Below are positions 24,901 through 33,653 of a stretch of DNA of 35,991 bases, piece after piece (position 1 is the stretch's first letter; each line of letters opens with the position of its first letter). The stretch lies in IMG/VR virus record IMGVR_UViG_3300037483_001818. One strand, written 5' to 3'. The notes beneath the pieces are model-generated. The model was not told where the DNA came from, ran no database searches, and was given only the letters and a program-made list of their open reading frames with translations. The position numbers were made by a program, and so were the translations under genes. Origin of the DNA: a virus. Lineage: Duplodnaviria > Heunggongvirae > Uroviricota > Caudoviricetes.

Positions 24901-25187
24901 TCGCCTGCCCGCGCTGCGGAGCCAAGACACGCGTCCTCGAGACACGCGTGACGGCGACGAGCGCGCGGCGTCGCCGCGGCTGCACGGCCAGCGGCTGTTC
25001 CGGTAAGGTTACGACCGTCGAGGTTGTCGTGCCGGAGGGTCGCGCCTCGGCCCTTGCCACGGGGAGCATCGTGGTGTCCGCGCGACAGATCGCGAAGCTG
25101 CGTGAGCTGGTCGCGGCGATCGAGGGAGGGCGGCAGATCGCGAAGCTGCACAAGCTTGTCGCTGCGATCGAGGAAGGCGCGTTGTGA
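24897..25187 (+). CDS. NrdR-like N-terminal Zn ribbon without ATP-cone
   Basis: CPRCGAKTRVLETR...RRRRGC...C..KVTTVE; C-terminus is a 16-aa imperfect duplication (48-bp period, 25086/25134). Confidence 0.78.
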   Translation: MIACPRCGAKTRVLETRVTATSARRRRGCTASGCSGKVTTVEVVVPEGRASALATGSIVVSARQIAKLRELVAAIEGGRQIAKLHKLVAAIEEGAL

Positions 25188-27193
25188 AGGACGCTGGGTG
25201 GCTTCAGACACCACTCTGGTCGCCAGAGATCACGTGGAAGCCTACGCCGGTCTCGGAGCTGCCAGCTTGGACCGATGCGAAGCGGATCTGTGTCGATGTC
25301 GAGTGCCGCGACGACGATCTCTACGAGCTGGGCCCTGGTGTTCGCCGCGGCGGCTACGTCTGCGGCATCGCGTTCGCGATCGAAGATGGTCCGGCGCACT
25401 ACCTGCCGATCCGCCACGAGGGTGGCGGCAATCTGCCCGAGCAGCAGGTGTGGTCCTACCTCCACGATCAGGCACGCGATTTCACTGGTGAGGTCGCGTT
25501 CAACTCAGCGCCGTACGACCTCGACTATTTGTGGGAGAACAAAGTCGAGTTCAAGAAGGCCAAGGCGCACCGGGATGTTCAGGTCGCCGAGCCGCTGCTC
25601 GACGAGCTCCAGAAGACGTACGGCCTTGATGCGATCTGCGCCCGTCGCGGCCTAGTCGGTAAGGACGAGACTACGCTGCGTGAGCATGCGAAGGCGTGGG
25701 AGGTCAACGCGAAGAAAAGCTTGTGGCGCCTTCACTCCGGTGCGGTAGGCGCTTACGCGATCGGCGACGTCCGCGCTCCGCTGCCGCTGCTCCGCGTGCA
25801 GGAAAAGGAGATTGACGAGCAGAATCTTCGCGAGACGTATGATCTCGAGTCTGCGGTGACGCCTGCTCTCGTGCGCATGACGCGCCGGGGGATGCGCATC
25901 GACCTCGACGAGATGGATCGCGTCGAGGCGTGGGCCAAGGAGCGTCTCCAGAACTACATCGACCAGATCCATCATCTGACCAACGTTCGGATCGGATCGA
26001 TCAGCAACGCAGAAGAGGTAGCTCGCGCCCTTCGGGCTCGCGGCCTCGATGTGCCGACCCGCACTCGCAAGGGTACGGGCCCCGGTACAGGCAAAGCCGC
26101 GAAGGTGGAGGCGTCGGTCACCAAGATCTGGCTCCAGCAGCAGACGGACGAGGTTGCCAAGGCCGTGGTATCCGGCCGCGAGTTCGTCAAGCTCTTGGGA
26201 ACGTACGTCGCGGGTTTCCGCAAGCATCTCGTCGGCGATCGGATCAATCCGACGTTCAAGCAGCTCGTCGGGGCCAGCGACGAGGATGATGGCGACGATG
26301 AGGATGCTGAGGGTGCGCGGTTCGGTCGTTGCTCTGCCAAGCATCCCAATGTTCAGGCACAGATGAAGCGGAGTAAGGAGATCCTGAAGCGCTGGCGAAA
26401 AGTGATCATTCCGGACGAGGGGAAGCGCTGGTTCAAGGCGGATCTAGGCCAACAAGAACCGCGCATTACCGTTCATTATGCGGAGCTGGTCGGGCTGCCT
26501 GGTGCGACGAAGGCCGGAAACGCGTTTCGCGACGATCCGTGCTTCGACCCGTACCAGCTCATGGTCGAGCTGTGCAAGACGCCCGCTGATACCGACCTCA
26601 AGCAGTTGCGTGATGACCTCAAGGAAATCTATCTCGGCCGCTGCTACGGCATGGGTGGCGGCAAGCTCGCGAAGAAGCTCAAGTTGCCTACGGTGTGGAA
26701 AACCAACGAGCGTACCGGATTTACCTACGAGGCCGCGGGTCCCGAGGCGCAGAGTAAGATCGATCGTTTCGACCGCGGCGTCTCCTACGTCAAGGCACTC
26801 TCGCGACGCTGTACTAAGAGGGCGCAAGAAAAGAAGTACATCGTCGCTCTCGGCGACCGGCGTGTCCGCTTCGAGCTAGGCGAGAACGGCGAAATTCTAG
26901 ATGAACACAAAGCGCTGAACAAGTTGATCCAAGGTTCTGCGGCACATCAGACGAAGACGGCGCTCGTTCGCCTCGACGCGGAAGGGTTTCCCCTTCAGCT
27001 CACTGTTCACGACGAATTTGGTTATTCGGGGGACAATGAGGACGAGGCACGCCGCATGGGCGAGATCACTTGCGACGCTGTCGTGATCCGCGTGCCGTTC
27101 CGCTGCGACATCGAAGCAGGACCAAACTACGGTGAGCTGACGAAACTGTTCACGGTGGCGAGCAAGCACACGACGCTTTCGATGGCTGCGTAG
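25184..27193 (+). CDS. polA: Phage family A DNA polymerase with 3'-5' exonuclease, no 5' nuclease
   Basis: Exo I DVE, Exo II FN..YDL, Exo III YAIGD; GARFGR..AKHPNVQ; motif A DLGQQEPR; motif B KEIYLGRCYGMG; motif C VHDE. Confidence 0.96.
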   Translation: MKDAGWLQTPLWSPEITWKPTPVSELPAWTDAKRICVDVECRDDDLYELGPGVRRGGYVCGIAFAIEDGPAHYLPIRHEGGGNLPEQQVWSYLHDQARDFTGEVAFNSAPYDLDYLWENKVEFKKAKAHRDVQVAEPLLDELQKTYGLDAICARRGLVGKDETTLREHAKAWEVNAKKSLWRLHSGAVGAYAIGDVRAPLPLLRVQEKEIDEQNLRETYDLESAVTPALVRMTRRGMRIDLDEMDRVEAWAKERLQNYIDQIHHLTNVRIGSISNAEEVARALRARGLDVPTRTRKGTGPGTGKAAKVEASVTKIWLQQQTDEVAKAVVSGREFVKLLGTYVAGFRKHLVGDRINPTFKQLVGASDEDDGDDEDAEGARFGRCSAKHPNVQAQMKRSKEILKRWRKVIIPDEGKRWFKADLGQQEPRITVHYAELVGLPGATKAGNAFRDDPCFDPYQLMVELCKTPADTDLKQLRDDLKEIYLGRCYGMGGGKLAKKLKLPTVWKTNERTGFTYEAAGPEAQSKIDRFDRGVSYVKALSRRCTKRAQEKKYIVALGDRRVRFELGENGEILDEHKALNKLIQGSAAHQTKTALVRLDAEGFPLQLTVHDEFGYSGDNEDEARRMGEITCDAVVIRVPFRCDIEAGPNYGELTKLFTVASKHTTLSMAA

Positions 27194-27219
27194 GAAACCA
27201 ACTTGAGAGGAAACTACAC

Positions 27220-27501
27220 ATGATCAAGCGTGACGAGATCGAGGACACCGAGTCTTGCTTCAACAAGGCCAGCGACGGAGAGCGCCTCTTCGTCATGCTC
27301 GCCCGTGATCCAGCCGTGCCGGTCGCCATTCATGCCTGGATCGCCGAGCGGATCCGCCTGGGTAAGAACGTGCCCGGCGACGAGAAGATCCGCGAGGCGT
27401 ACGAGTGCGCCGCCCTCATGGAGATGGAGCGCGCCGAGATCGAGTCGGCGCGCCGCCAGCAGCAGATGCGCTGGGCTGAGAGCGGTGGGGCAGCACAGTG
27501 A
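27220..27501 (+). CDS. Conserved-looking phage hypothetical protein
   Basis: GAGAGG RBS; LFVMLARDP...AW motif. Confidence 0.75.
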   Translation: MIKRDEIEDTESCFNKASDGERLFVMLARDPAVPVAIHAWIAERIRLGKNVPGDEKIREAYECAALMEMERAEIESARRQQQMRWAESGGAAQ

Positions 27502-27917
27502 AGATCCCCTATATCTTCCTGCTACATCCCGTCGGCACGGGGTCGACGCGTGCCATGAACGTGTTCTCGGCCAAGCTGTGGCTCCGCGCTCTCGTCGACA
27601 TATTGCCAAACGTTTCGATCTCGGCACCGTGGCTGCCGTATGCCGAGGTCAACATTGACCGCGAGCGGGGGCTGCGGGATGCGCTCGTGGCCATCGAGCG
27701 TCACGACGGCGCCGTCGCGGTCGGAGGTGAGTTCTCGCTCGGCATGCGCAGCGAGTGGGACAAGTTCGGCGTGCTCAAGCTGCCGAGGATCGACCTCACC
27801 AAAGCACCGCTGCCTGGGCTGCTGACCCAGGAGACATTCAGCGAGACGTGTACGTCCTCGTTCCGTCAGGCAGTGACCCATGCGTTCGAGTCCTTGATCG
27901 TGAGGGCTGCGGCGTGA
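27498..27917 (+). CDS. Nucleoside 2-deoxyribosyltransferase-like protein
   Basis: YIFLLHP...SAPW...IERHDGAVAVGGEFSLGMRSE matches the NDT-like S.G...E layout. Confidence 0.62.
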   Translation: MKIPYIFLLHPVGTGSTRAMNVFSAKLWLRALVDILPNVSISAPWLPYAEVNIDRERGLRDALVAIERHDGAVAVGGEFSLGMRSEWDKFGVLKLPRIDLTKAPLPGLLTQETFSETCTSSFRQAVTHAFESLIVRAAA

Positions 27918-28486
27918 TGACAGTGATTGGACACCTGAGGGCGGGCTGCACATGCGACTTGCGAGATCGTGCGTGGAATTCGAACACCGGACGTTGTGAG
28001 ACGTGTGGCTCGAGGTTCGAGGACCGTCGTGACGGCCAACTTCGTTCTCGGGCGTCTGATCGTCGTCCCACGTGGGAAATCATCGTTGCGTACGTCGAGC
28101 AGCTCCAGCGGGACAGCACGCACGTGACTCTTGGCGTCGGCGACAACGTCATTCCTCTCGTGCTCGCCGACATGCGCGATCGCGACGTGGTGGGCCGTCA
28201 GTGCTACGGGGCCCCACTGACGTCTGGCAACGGCCGCGATCACCTGATCGACGCTTACCAGGAGATGCTCGACGCGTGCGCGCATCTCATGAACGAATTG
28301 GACGCGCATGGTGTTGATTTGACGACGCACCTCACCAAGGAAGCCTTCCCCGATAAGGTTGGTCGCTGGTATCTGGTCGACGTGCAGCAGCTCTGCACGG
28401 CTCAGATTCGCGCATCGATCCACCTGCGCGCAATCATGGAGGAGCGTAGCCGACGCGCCTCCTCTACCGAGGAGCAGATGTCGTGA
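27914..28486 (+). CDS. N-terminal Zn finger + MazG-like (all-alpha) nucleotide pyrophosphohydrolase
   Basis: CTC...CETC, then RDVVGRQCYG.PL...NGRD.LIDAYQEMLDA. Confidence 0.65.
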   Translation: MMTVIGHLRAGCTCDLRDRAWNSNTGRCETCGSRFEDRRDGQLRSRASDRRPTWEIIVAYVEQLQRDSTHVTLGVGDNVIPLVLADMRDRDVVGRQCYGAPLTSGNGRDHLIDAYQEMLDACAHLMNELDAHGVDLTTHLTKEAFPDKVGRWYLVDVQQLCTAQIRASIHLRAIMEERSRRASSTEEQMS

Positions 28487-28731
28487 GGCGACCCAACGCG
28501 TGGCATCAGGCGATCGTCTCTCAACTGCATGACGCAGGCATACCTTTGCCCGTCCAGCAGATCTGGCAGGGCATGCAGGCCGCGGGCTTTCAGCACTCCA
28601 GCAAGATGCCGCGGAGCACGCTCGCTGCTCGGATCGCAGAGCTGGTGCAGAGGAAGGAGCTACGTCGTGTTGGGCCGGCGACGTATGGGCTCGTGCTGAA
28701 TCCCGCGAGAGAAAGAGAGCGCGCGTCGTGA
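28483..28731 (+). CDS. Stand-alone HARE-HTH-like winged-helix protein
   Basis: PLPVQQIW...SKMPRSTLAARI...LRRVGPATYGL. Confidence 0.65.
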   Translation: MRRPNAWHQAIVSQLHDAGIPLPVQQIWQGMQAAGFQHSSKMPRSTLAARIAELVQRKELRRVGPATYGLVLNPARERERAS

Positions 28732-29348
28732 GGAAACTTCAGATTGCCCTCGACGCGGATGGCGTGCTTCGTAACTTCACGGCCGGAGCGCTTCTCATTG
28801 TCGAAGAGGTGACCGGCAAGAAGTTCACGCCTGCGAACGTCACCGCGTTCAACTTCACCAGGGCACTCGGCCTTGCTGAAAGTGAGGCAGGCGGGGTCAT
28901 GAAGGCGATCACGGCACGTTGCGGCTTCGTCACCGCGCTACCTCCGTATCCGCAGGCACGCCAGGGCGTGCGTCGGCTACGCGAGCTAGGCGACGTGTTC
29001 TGCGTGACGGCTCCATGGGACGGCCCGCTAGGAATCAACCCTTGGTGGTGCGATGAAAGTGAACGGTGGCTCGCCCTCCATTTCGGGATCGATCGTGTCC
29101 ACCACGCAGCGGACAAGGCCGAATACGAAGCCGACCTTTTCGTCGACGACAGGTCATCGAACGTGCGTGACTGGATGTCCCGCTGGCCGGGTCGCACCGC
29201 GGTGTTCTGGCGCACGCTCCACAACATGTCCGAGTCCGTGCCGTGTGGCGCCCATGCGACGAGTTCGTGGGATGAGCTCTATGAGATCGGGCGAGAGACG
29301 GCGCTCGGTCCTGTTCAAACTTCGTTGCCGATGTTGGAGGAAGCCTGA
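28728..29348 (+). CDS. HAD 5'(3')-deoxyribonucleotidase (NT5C-like)
   Basis: IALDADGVL, VTAPW, KAEYEADLFVDDR. Confidence 0.88.
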   Translation: MRKLQIALDADGVLRNFTAGALLIVEEVTGKKFTPANVTAFNFTRALGLAESEAGGVMKAITARCGFVTALPPYPQARQGVRRLRELGDVFCVTAPWDGPLGINPWWCDESERWLALHFGIDRVHHAADKAEYEADLFVDDRSSNVRDWMSRWPGRTAVFWRTLHNMSESVPCGAHATSSWDELYEIGRETALGPVQTSLPMLEEA

Positions 29349-29548
29349 TGACAGCAACTACGCTTCCTACGATGATCGTCGAGGACGTCGAGCTGCGCGC
29401 TCGGCCCGGTTTCCACGGTGATTCGCTGGCCTGTGATCACGTCTGGGAACCGCATCTTCCGGATACCGGACGCGCGTACTGCCCGCGCTGTGGGTCGTTC
29501 GCCCGCTGGGTGAACGATCCACGCGCAGCAGACGAGGAGGCGTCGTGA
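29348..29548 (+). CDS. Small Zn-finger protein (CDH...CPRC)
   Basis: TGATG coupling; GGAGG RBS. Confidence 0.6.
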   Translation: MTATTLPTMIVEDVELRARPGFHGDSLACDHVWEPHLPDTGRAYCPRCGSFARWVNDPRAADEEAS

Positions 29549-30444
29549 GCGACGTGCAAAGTGATCACACGATGAACGTCGTGGTGCTGGACGTGGAGAC
29601 AACCGGCAAGGAGCGCGCGACGGATCAAATCATCGAAATGTGCATCCGTTTCGGCGTCGGACCGAACGCGGATGCACGCACATGGCGCATCAAGCCTGAG
29701 GTCCCGATCCACCCCGAGGCGATGGGGGTGCACGGCATTACGATGGAGGCGCTCGCTGACTGCCCGCTGTTTCCTGCCGTGGTCTCCGAGTTCCTTCCGC
29801 TGATCGTGAAGGCTGACGTGATCGTCGGTTACAACGTGGTCTTCGATCTGGATATGATCCAGGCCGAGCTCGCGCGCGCGGAGATGCCGCCGTTTAGTCT
29901 CGCCGGCAAGCAGATCGTCGATGTGCTCAGGCTTTGGCACTACGTCGAACCCAGAACCCTCGTCGCGGCGCACGCCAAGTTTTGCGGCGAGGCGTTGGTC
30001 GACGCGCACCAGGCCACGGCGGACGTGGCAGCGACCGCACGTGTGCTGTCTTCGATGTTGGCGACGTTCGGGCTCTCCGGGAAGCCGTGGGATGAAATTG
30101 CTGTCCTCTCAGATCCGTACACCAGTCGTGCCGCGTGGCTCGGGCCGTCGCCGCACATTCAATGGGACGCAAGCGGTGCTGTCGTATTTGGCTTCGGCAA
30201 GTACAAGGGGCAACAGGTGGTCCACGCCGATGGGGGATTCCTCCGGTGGGTACTTGGCAAGGACTTCCCTCCACACGTCAAGAAAATCTGCCGCGTCGCT
30301 CACGAGCGGCGTCGAAAATTCGACGAGTGGATCGCGACCTACTATCCACGGCCTGAAGCGAAAGGCGCTGACTCGACGTCCTCGGTACAGGAGCCTGATC
30401 CATTCGTGACGGACGACTCTTCCGCGCAGGGGAGTGTGCCGTGA
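29545..30444 (+). CDS. DEDDh 3'-5' exonuclease (DnaQ/ExoX-like)
   Basis: VLDVETTG, HGIT, GYNVVFD, AHQATADV; C-terminal FGFGKYKG module. Confidence 0.9.
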   Translation: MSDVQSDHTMNVVVLDVETTGKERATDQIIEMCIRFGVGPNADARTWRIKPEVPIHPEAMGVHGITMEALADCPLFPAVVSEFLPLIVKADVIVGYNVVFDLDMIQAELARAEMPPFSLAGKQIVDVLRLWHYVEPRTLVAAHAKFCGEALVDAHQATADVAATARVLSSMLATFGLSGKPWDEIAVLSDPYTSRAAWLGPSPHIQWDASGAVVFGFGKYKGQQVVHADGGFLRWVLGKDFPPHVKKICRVAHERRRKFDEWIATYYPRPEAKGADSTSSVQEPDPFVTDDSSAQGSVP

Positions 30445-30794
30445 TTCAGACGTGGATCGTATGGTCGGTGACTCCGCCGGAATGCCGGGAACGCGTCTCT
30501 TGCGCGTCGATATACGACGCTGCGCGTGCATGGGCCGAGCGACAATTTCGTAAGGGCATGCTGGCCCGCAGCGGTATTGAAGTGCTCGTGCGCTGCGAAA
30601 ACGATCCTGCGCTCATGCGTCCTCAGCCACCGGGAGAGACTCGCCCGGCAAGTGCGCTGCCGAACGCCATCGCTGCAACGACCTATCAAGTGAAGCTTAC
30701 GATCGTGAATGCTCCAGCGTTCCGCGCGAGCCTTGTTGGCGTCCTCTATGAGGCAGTCCAGGACGCGCCGAATAATGGGGCCCGACATGGCTAG
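30441..30794 (+). CDS. Hypothetical protein
   Basis: GTGA-coupled, GGGGAG RBS. Confidence 0.6.
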   Translation: MIQTWIVWSVTPPECRERVSCASIYDAARAWAERQFRKGMLARSGIEVLVRCENDPALMRPQPPGETRPASALPNAIAATTYQVKLTIVNAPAFRASLVGVLYEAVQDAPNNGARHG

Positions 30795-31023
30795 CCGCCG
30801 AACACCTCGCCCGTGCGTATGCGGATGCACGTACGAGGCATTCCGGCTCGGCATGACGTTTGCCGAGGTACGCCGCATGCTGTGGGACCAGGAGGATCGC
30901 AACCGGCCGGGCTGGTGGCGGCAGAAGCGCCGCAGCAGCGTACTGGGTTACGCGCGCGAGCTAAAAATCCATGCGTGGGACATGACGCACGGTTACTGCA
31001 CGCAGATGCAGGAGGTCGCATGA
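30787..31023 (+). CDS. Small hypothetical protein (CVCGC)
   Basis: ATG 30787 overlapping the upstream stop region; ATGA coupling downstream. Confidence 0.6.
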   Translation: MASRRTPRPCVCGCTYEAFRLGMTFAEVRRMLWDQEDRNRPGWWRQKRRSSVLGYARELKIHAWDMTHGYCTQMQEVA

Positions 31024-31133
31024 ACCTCACGGTGCTGGTAACGAATTTTTCGGATGCGCGCATCAAACGTGCTGCCCGTCGGCGCTTCGTTGAGCGAACC
31101 TGTGTCCTGCTCGAGGTGGAGGCAACGTCGTGA
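31020..31133 (+). CDS. Possible 37-aa mini-protein
   Basis: GGAGG RBS; coupled at both ends. Confidence 0.45.
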   Translation: MNLTVLVTNFSDARIKRAARRRFVERTCVLLEVEATS

Positions 31134-31324
31134 CCAAGCACGTTCTCGTGAAGGAGCAGGCGATCTGCGAGACGACCTTCTTCATCGCGGCGCTCGACGA
31201 GAGCACGCGTTCGGCGTTTCGGGATATCGACTGCGCGGTGTGCCTTCGTCAGGCGCTCGCCGCGGCAGAACAGCGGGTGCGGGCCCTTCGCGAGTTCCTC
31301 GCGAAGGTAGAGGGCACGCCGTGA
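31130..31324 (+). CDS. Small Cys-containing protein
   Basis: GGAGG RBS, GTGA coupling; C...CAVC. Confidence 0.55.
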   Translation: MTKHVLVKEQAICETTFFIAALDESTRSAFRDIDCAVCLRQALAAAEQRVRALREFLAKVEGTP

Positions 31325-31875
31325 TGACGAAGGTCCGTGCACCGCTGAGCGTGGAGGATCTCGCGACGCTGCGTGATATCCGCAACGATCTTCAACGTGA
31401 AGGCGAGCGAATGGGGATGCCGTTCGTACAGCGCGGGCTTGATGTGCTCGACAAGCTTCTAGAAGGGGACGTTGTGGCCGTGAACGAGGGGGAGCTCTGC
31501 GAGACGTCGCACTATGTGGCGATCGTCGAGGTGCACAAGGACACCGAGATCTACCAACGTGGGGACGTCGAGTGTCTGAGCTGTTTGCGACGCATGGCGG
31601 ACAAGCACCAGGCGGTCGTCGCCGTGTTTCACGCCAGGCTTGCTGTGTTTTCACCGGATGAAGACGCCGGAGATCTGGCACGGGCTCTGTGCCACGAGTG
31701 CTCGGAGATGGTCGAGGTCGTCGCGGGCAAACTCTCACCGCACCACGGCATGTCTGGTGATGGCTGTTCTCAGAACGACGCTGACGCACAAATCTATCTG
31801 CATCCACGGGTCTCCGATCGGATCGCGGAGCTGGAGGCAGCACTGGTGTTCGGTGCGTCTGGAGGACCACGGTGA
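31321..31875 (+). CDS. Hypothetical multi-Zn-ribbon protein
   Basis: CETSH...CLSC and CHEC...HH...C; GTG 31321/ATG 31324 coupled. Confidence 0.62.
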   Translation: MMTKVRAPLSVEDLATLRDIRNDLQREGERMGMPFVQRGLDVLDKLLEGDVVAVNEGELCETSHYVAIVEVHKDTEIYQRGDVECLSCLRRMADKHQAVVAVFHARLAVFSPDEDAGDLARALCHECSEMVEVVAGKLSPHHGMSGDGCSQNDADAQIYLHPRVSDRIAELEAALVFGASGGPR

Positions 31876-32081
31876 AGCGTCGCGTCGTGACGAAAGTTCG
31901 TCCGAAGACTCGCCGCACACTGCGAGCGCTTGGAGGGCGTCGCATCGTGGTCGAGGGCTTCGGCCGGCGTGCGCCGACGTTCATGGCGATCTCGGGCGGC
32001 AGCGACGCGCCGATTGGTGCATGGCTCTCGCCGGCAGTGTTGCGGCAGCTCGTGGCCGCGGCCAGGAGGATCCTGCGGTGA
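31872..32081 (+). CDS. Small basic protein
   Basis: GGAGGA RBS, GTGA coupling. Confidence 0.6.
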   Translation: MKRRVVTKVRPKTRRTLRALGGRRIVVEGFGRRAPTFMAISGGSDAPIGAWLSPAVLRQLVAAARRILR

Positions 32082-32461
32082 CGTTGTTTCCGGCCAGCAG
32101 CTTGAAGCAAGCGGCACGTCCACCTGCCTGTGATAAGAGGCCGCTCGTTCGCATTCCGACTGGCGTGCCGCGCTTGGTAGAGTCGTCGACGGATCGTACG
32201 TCGCGAGCGGGAATCGAGACGTTTGCTGCTCTTCTTGCCGCCGTCCGCCGATCGGCGTCGGCGCGGCTCATGTTGCTTGCAGGCCGTCCCGGGCGTGATC
32301 GGATCGCGTGTCCTTGGGAGCGAATCACGGGCTGCGCCGGCAGCTGCCGTTGTGGTGGTGCAGGAACAGTGACGGTCGAATTTCTCCGTACGCACTACGA
32401 GCAGCTGGCGGCGGAGATCGAGACGATCGTGCAGCCTACTTCGATAAGGAGGGCGTCATGA
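32078..32461 (+). CDS. Hypothetical protein with Cys cluster (CPW...CAGSCRC)
   Basis: GTG 32078 coupled, AGGAGG RBS. Confidence 0.5.
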   Translation: MTLFPASSLKQAARPPACDKRPLVRIPTGVPRLVESSTDRTSRAGIETFAALLAAVRRSASARLMLLAGRPGRDRIACPWERITGCAGSCRCGGAGTVTVEFLRTHYEQLAAEIETIVQPTSIRRAS

Positions 32462-32685
32462 CGGCGGCCACCAAAATTTCGTTCTGCGTTGACTGCGCGA
32501 CTCCAATCATTGGCGCGCGGCTTCGTTGTTCGGCATGTCACGACTGGCACACCGTTACGGTGTCGGTCCCGAGGTCGACGCGGTCGTTGTCGGGTCGCGA
32601 GGAGCTGGTAGCGTGGCTGGGCGCTGCGCTCATCGTCGTTGTCATCGTGATTCTCCTGGTGGTTGCAGGAAGGAGTTGTTCGTGA
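32458..32685 (+). CDS. Zn-finger + C-terminal transmembrane-helix protein
   Basis: AAGGAGG RBS; CVDC...CSACH; LGAALIVVVIVILLVVA. Confidence 0.62.
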   Translation: MTAATKISFCVDCATPIIGARLRCSACHDWHTVTVSVPRSTRSLSGREELVAWLGAALIVVVIVILLVVAGRSCS

Positions 32686-33653
32686 CGTCTCTTGCACAGG
32701 TGACTGCTCTCGTTGACGCGCACGTGCATCGGGACGACTGTCGCTTCCGGGTGATCACGCACCAGATCGCGGCGCACGTTGCATCGAGATCCGAACGTGG
32801 TGCTGATCAACTACGCAAGCTCGTGGACAACCAACAGGCGATGACTCTCGTCCCGCTGCCGAGCGCGAGCGGTCTGTTGTCCTCACCGGCGGATCTATCC
32901 ACGCTGGATGACATGACTCTCACGCCCGCGGTGCGTGATCGGCTCGACCGCGTCGTGCTGGAGCATTCGCGTCGGTTCGACCTTTTCGTCCGCGGTCTCC
33001 GTCCCGCAAGCAAGCTTCTTTTCACGGGACCGCCGGGAGTGGGTAAGACGATGGCGGCGGGCGCGCTCTCAAGGGCGCTTGGCATGCCGATGTTCCGCGT
33101 CGACCTGCATGGAGTGATCTCGCAGCATCTTGGCGAGACAGCCGGCAAGCTTGCCAAGGTCTTCGAGCATGTGCGATCGATGTCGGCTGTGTATTTGTTT
33201 GATGAGTTTGACGCGCTCGGCGCGGAGCGCTCGTCGCTCGGCAGTGAGGGCGGTGGCGGTAGTGAGATGCGGCGCGTTGTCAACTCGCTCCTTCAATTTA
33301 TCGAGGATGATCGGTCGGAAAGCCTGATTGTGGCCGCAACCAACCATGATCAGATGCTGGACTCCGCGCTCTTCCGACGGTTCGACGAGGTCGTCACGTT
33401 CGGCAGTCCGACGAGGGACGAAGTGATCGCCCTCGTTGGCCGCAAGCTCGTCGATATCGACGCGAGCCAACTCGACGCGAACGCCATCTATTCAGCGGTC
33501 GCCAATCCAAAGCTCGGGCATGCGGACGTGTGCACCGCCCTCGATCGCGTGCGGAAAGATCACATGCTCGTGGGAACCGCGATCGATACCCATGCGATCG
33601 TTGCGGCTCTTGTGACGCGAACGCGTGCACCTTCGTCGGAGGTGCTCTCGTGA
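32682..33653 (+). CDS. AAA+ ATPase, IetA-like
   Basis: GPPGVGKT, YLFDEFD, EMRRVVNSLLQ, AATNH...LDSALFRRFD; N-terminal H..DD.RF....QIAAH helix I recognise from ATPases normally paired with S8 peptidases. Confidence 0.9.
   Translation: MTSLAQVTALVDAHVHRDDCRFRVITHQIAAHVASRSERGADQLRKLVDNQQAMTLVPLPSASGLLSSPADLSTLDDMTLTPAVRDRLDRVVLEHSRRFDLFVRGLRPASKLLFTGPPGVGKTMAAGALSRALGMPMFRVDLHGVISQHLGETAGKLAKVFEHVRSMSAVYLFDEFDALGAERSSLGSEGGGGSEMRRVVNSLLQFIEDDRSESLIVAATNHDQMLDSALFRRFDEVVTFGSPTRDEVIALVGRKLVDIDASQLDANAIYSAVANPKLGHADVCTALDRVRKDHMLVGTAIDTHAIVAALVTRTRAPSSEVLS

Noticed and set aside
25184-29348. Definite 2-aminoadenine (Z) or hypermodified-thymine genome
   Set aside because: No PurZ, dCMP deaminase, thymidylate synthase or transferase in the window; kept only as a testable hypothesis.
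30791-32395. 534-aa antisense ORF
   Set aside because: Arg/Pro-rich and opposite a well-coupled chain of plus-strand genes.
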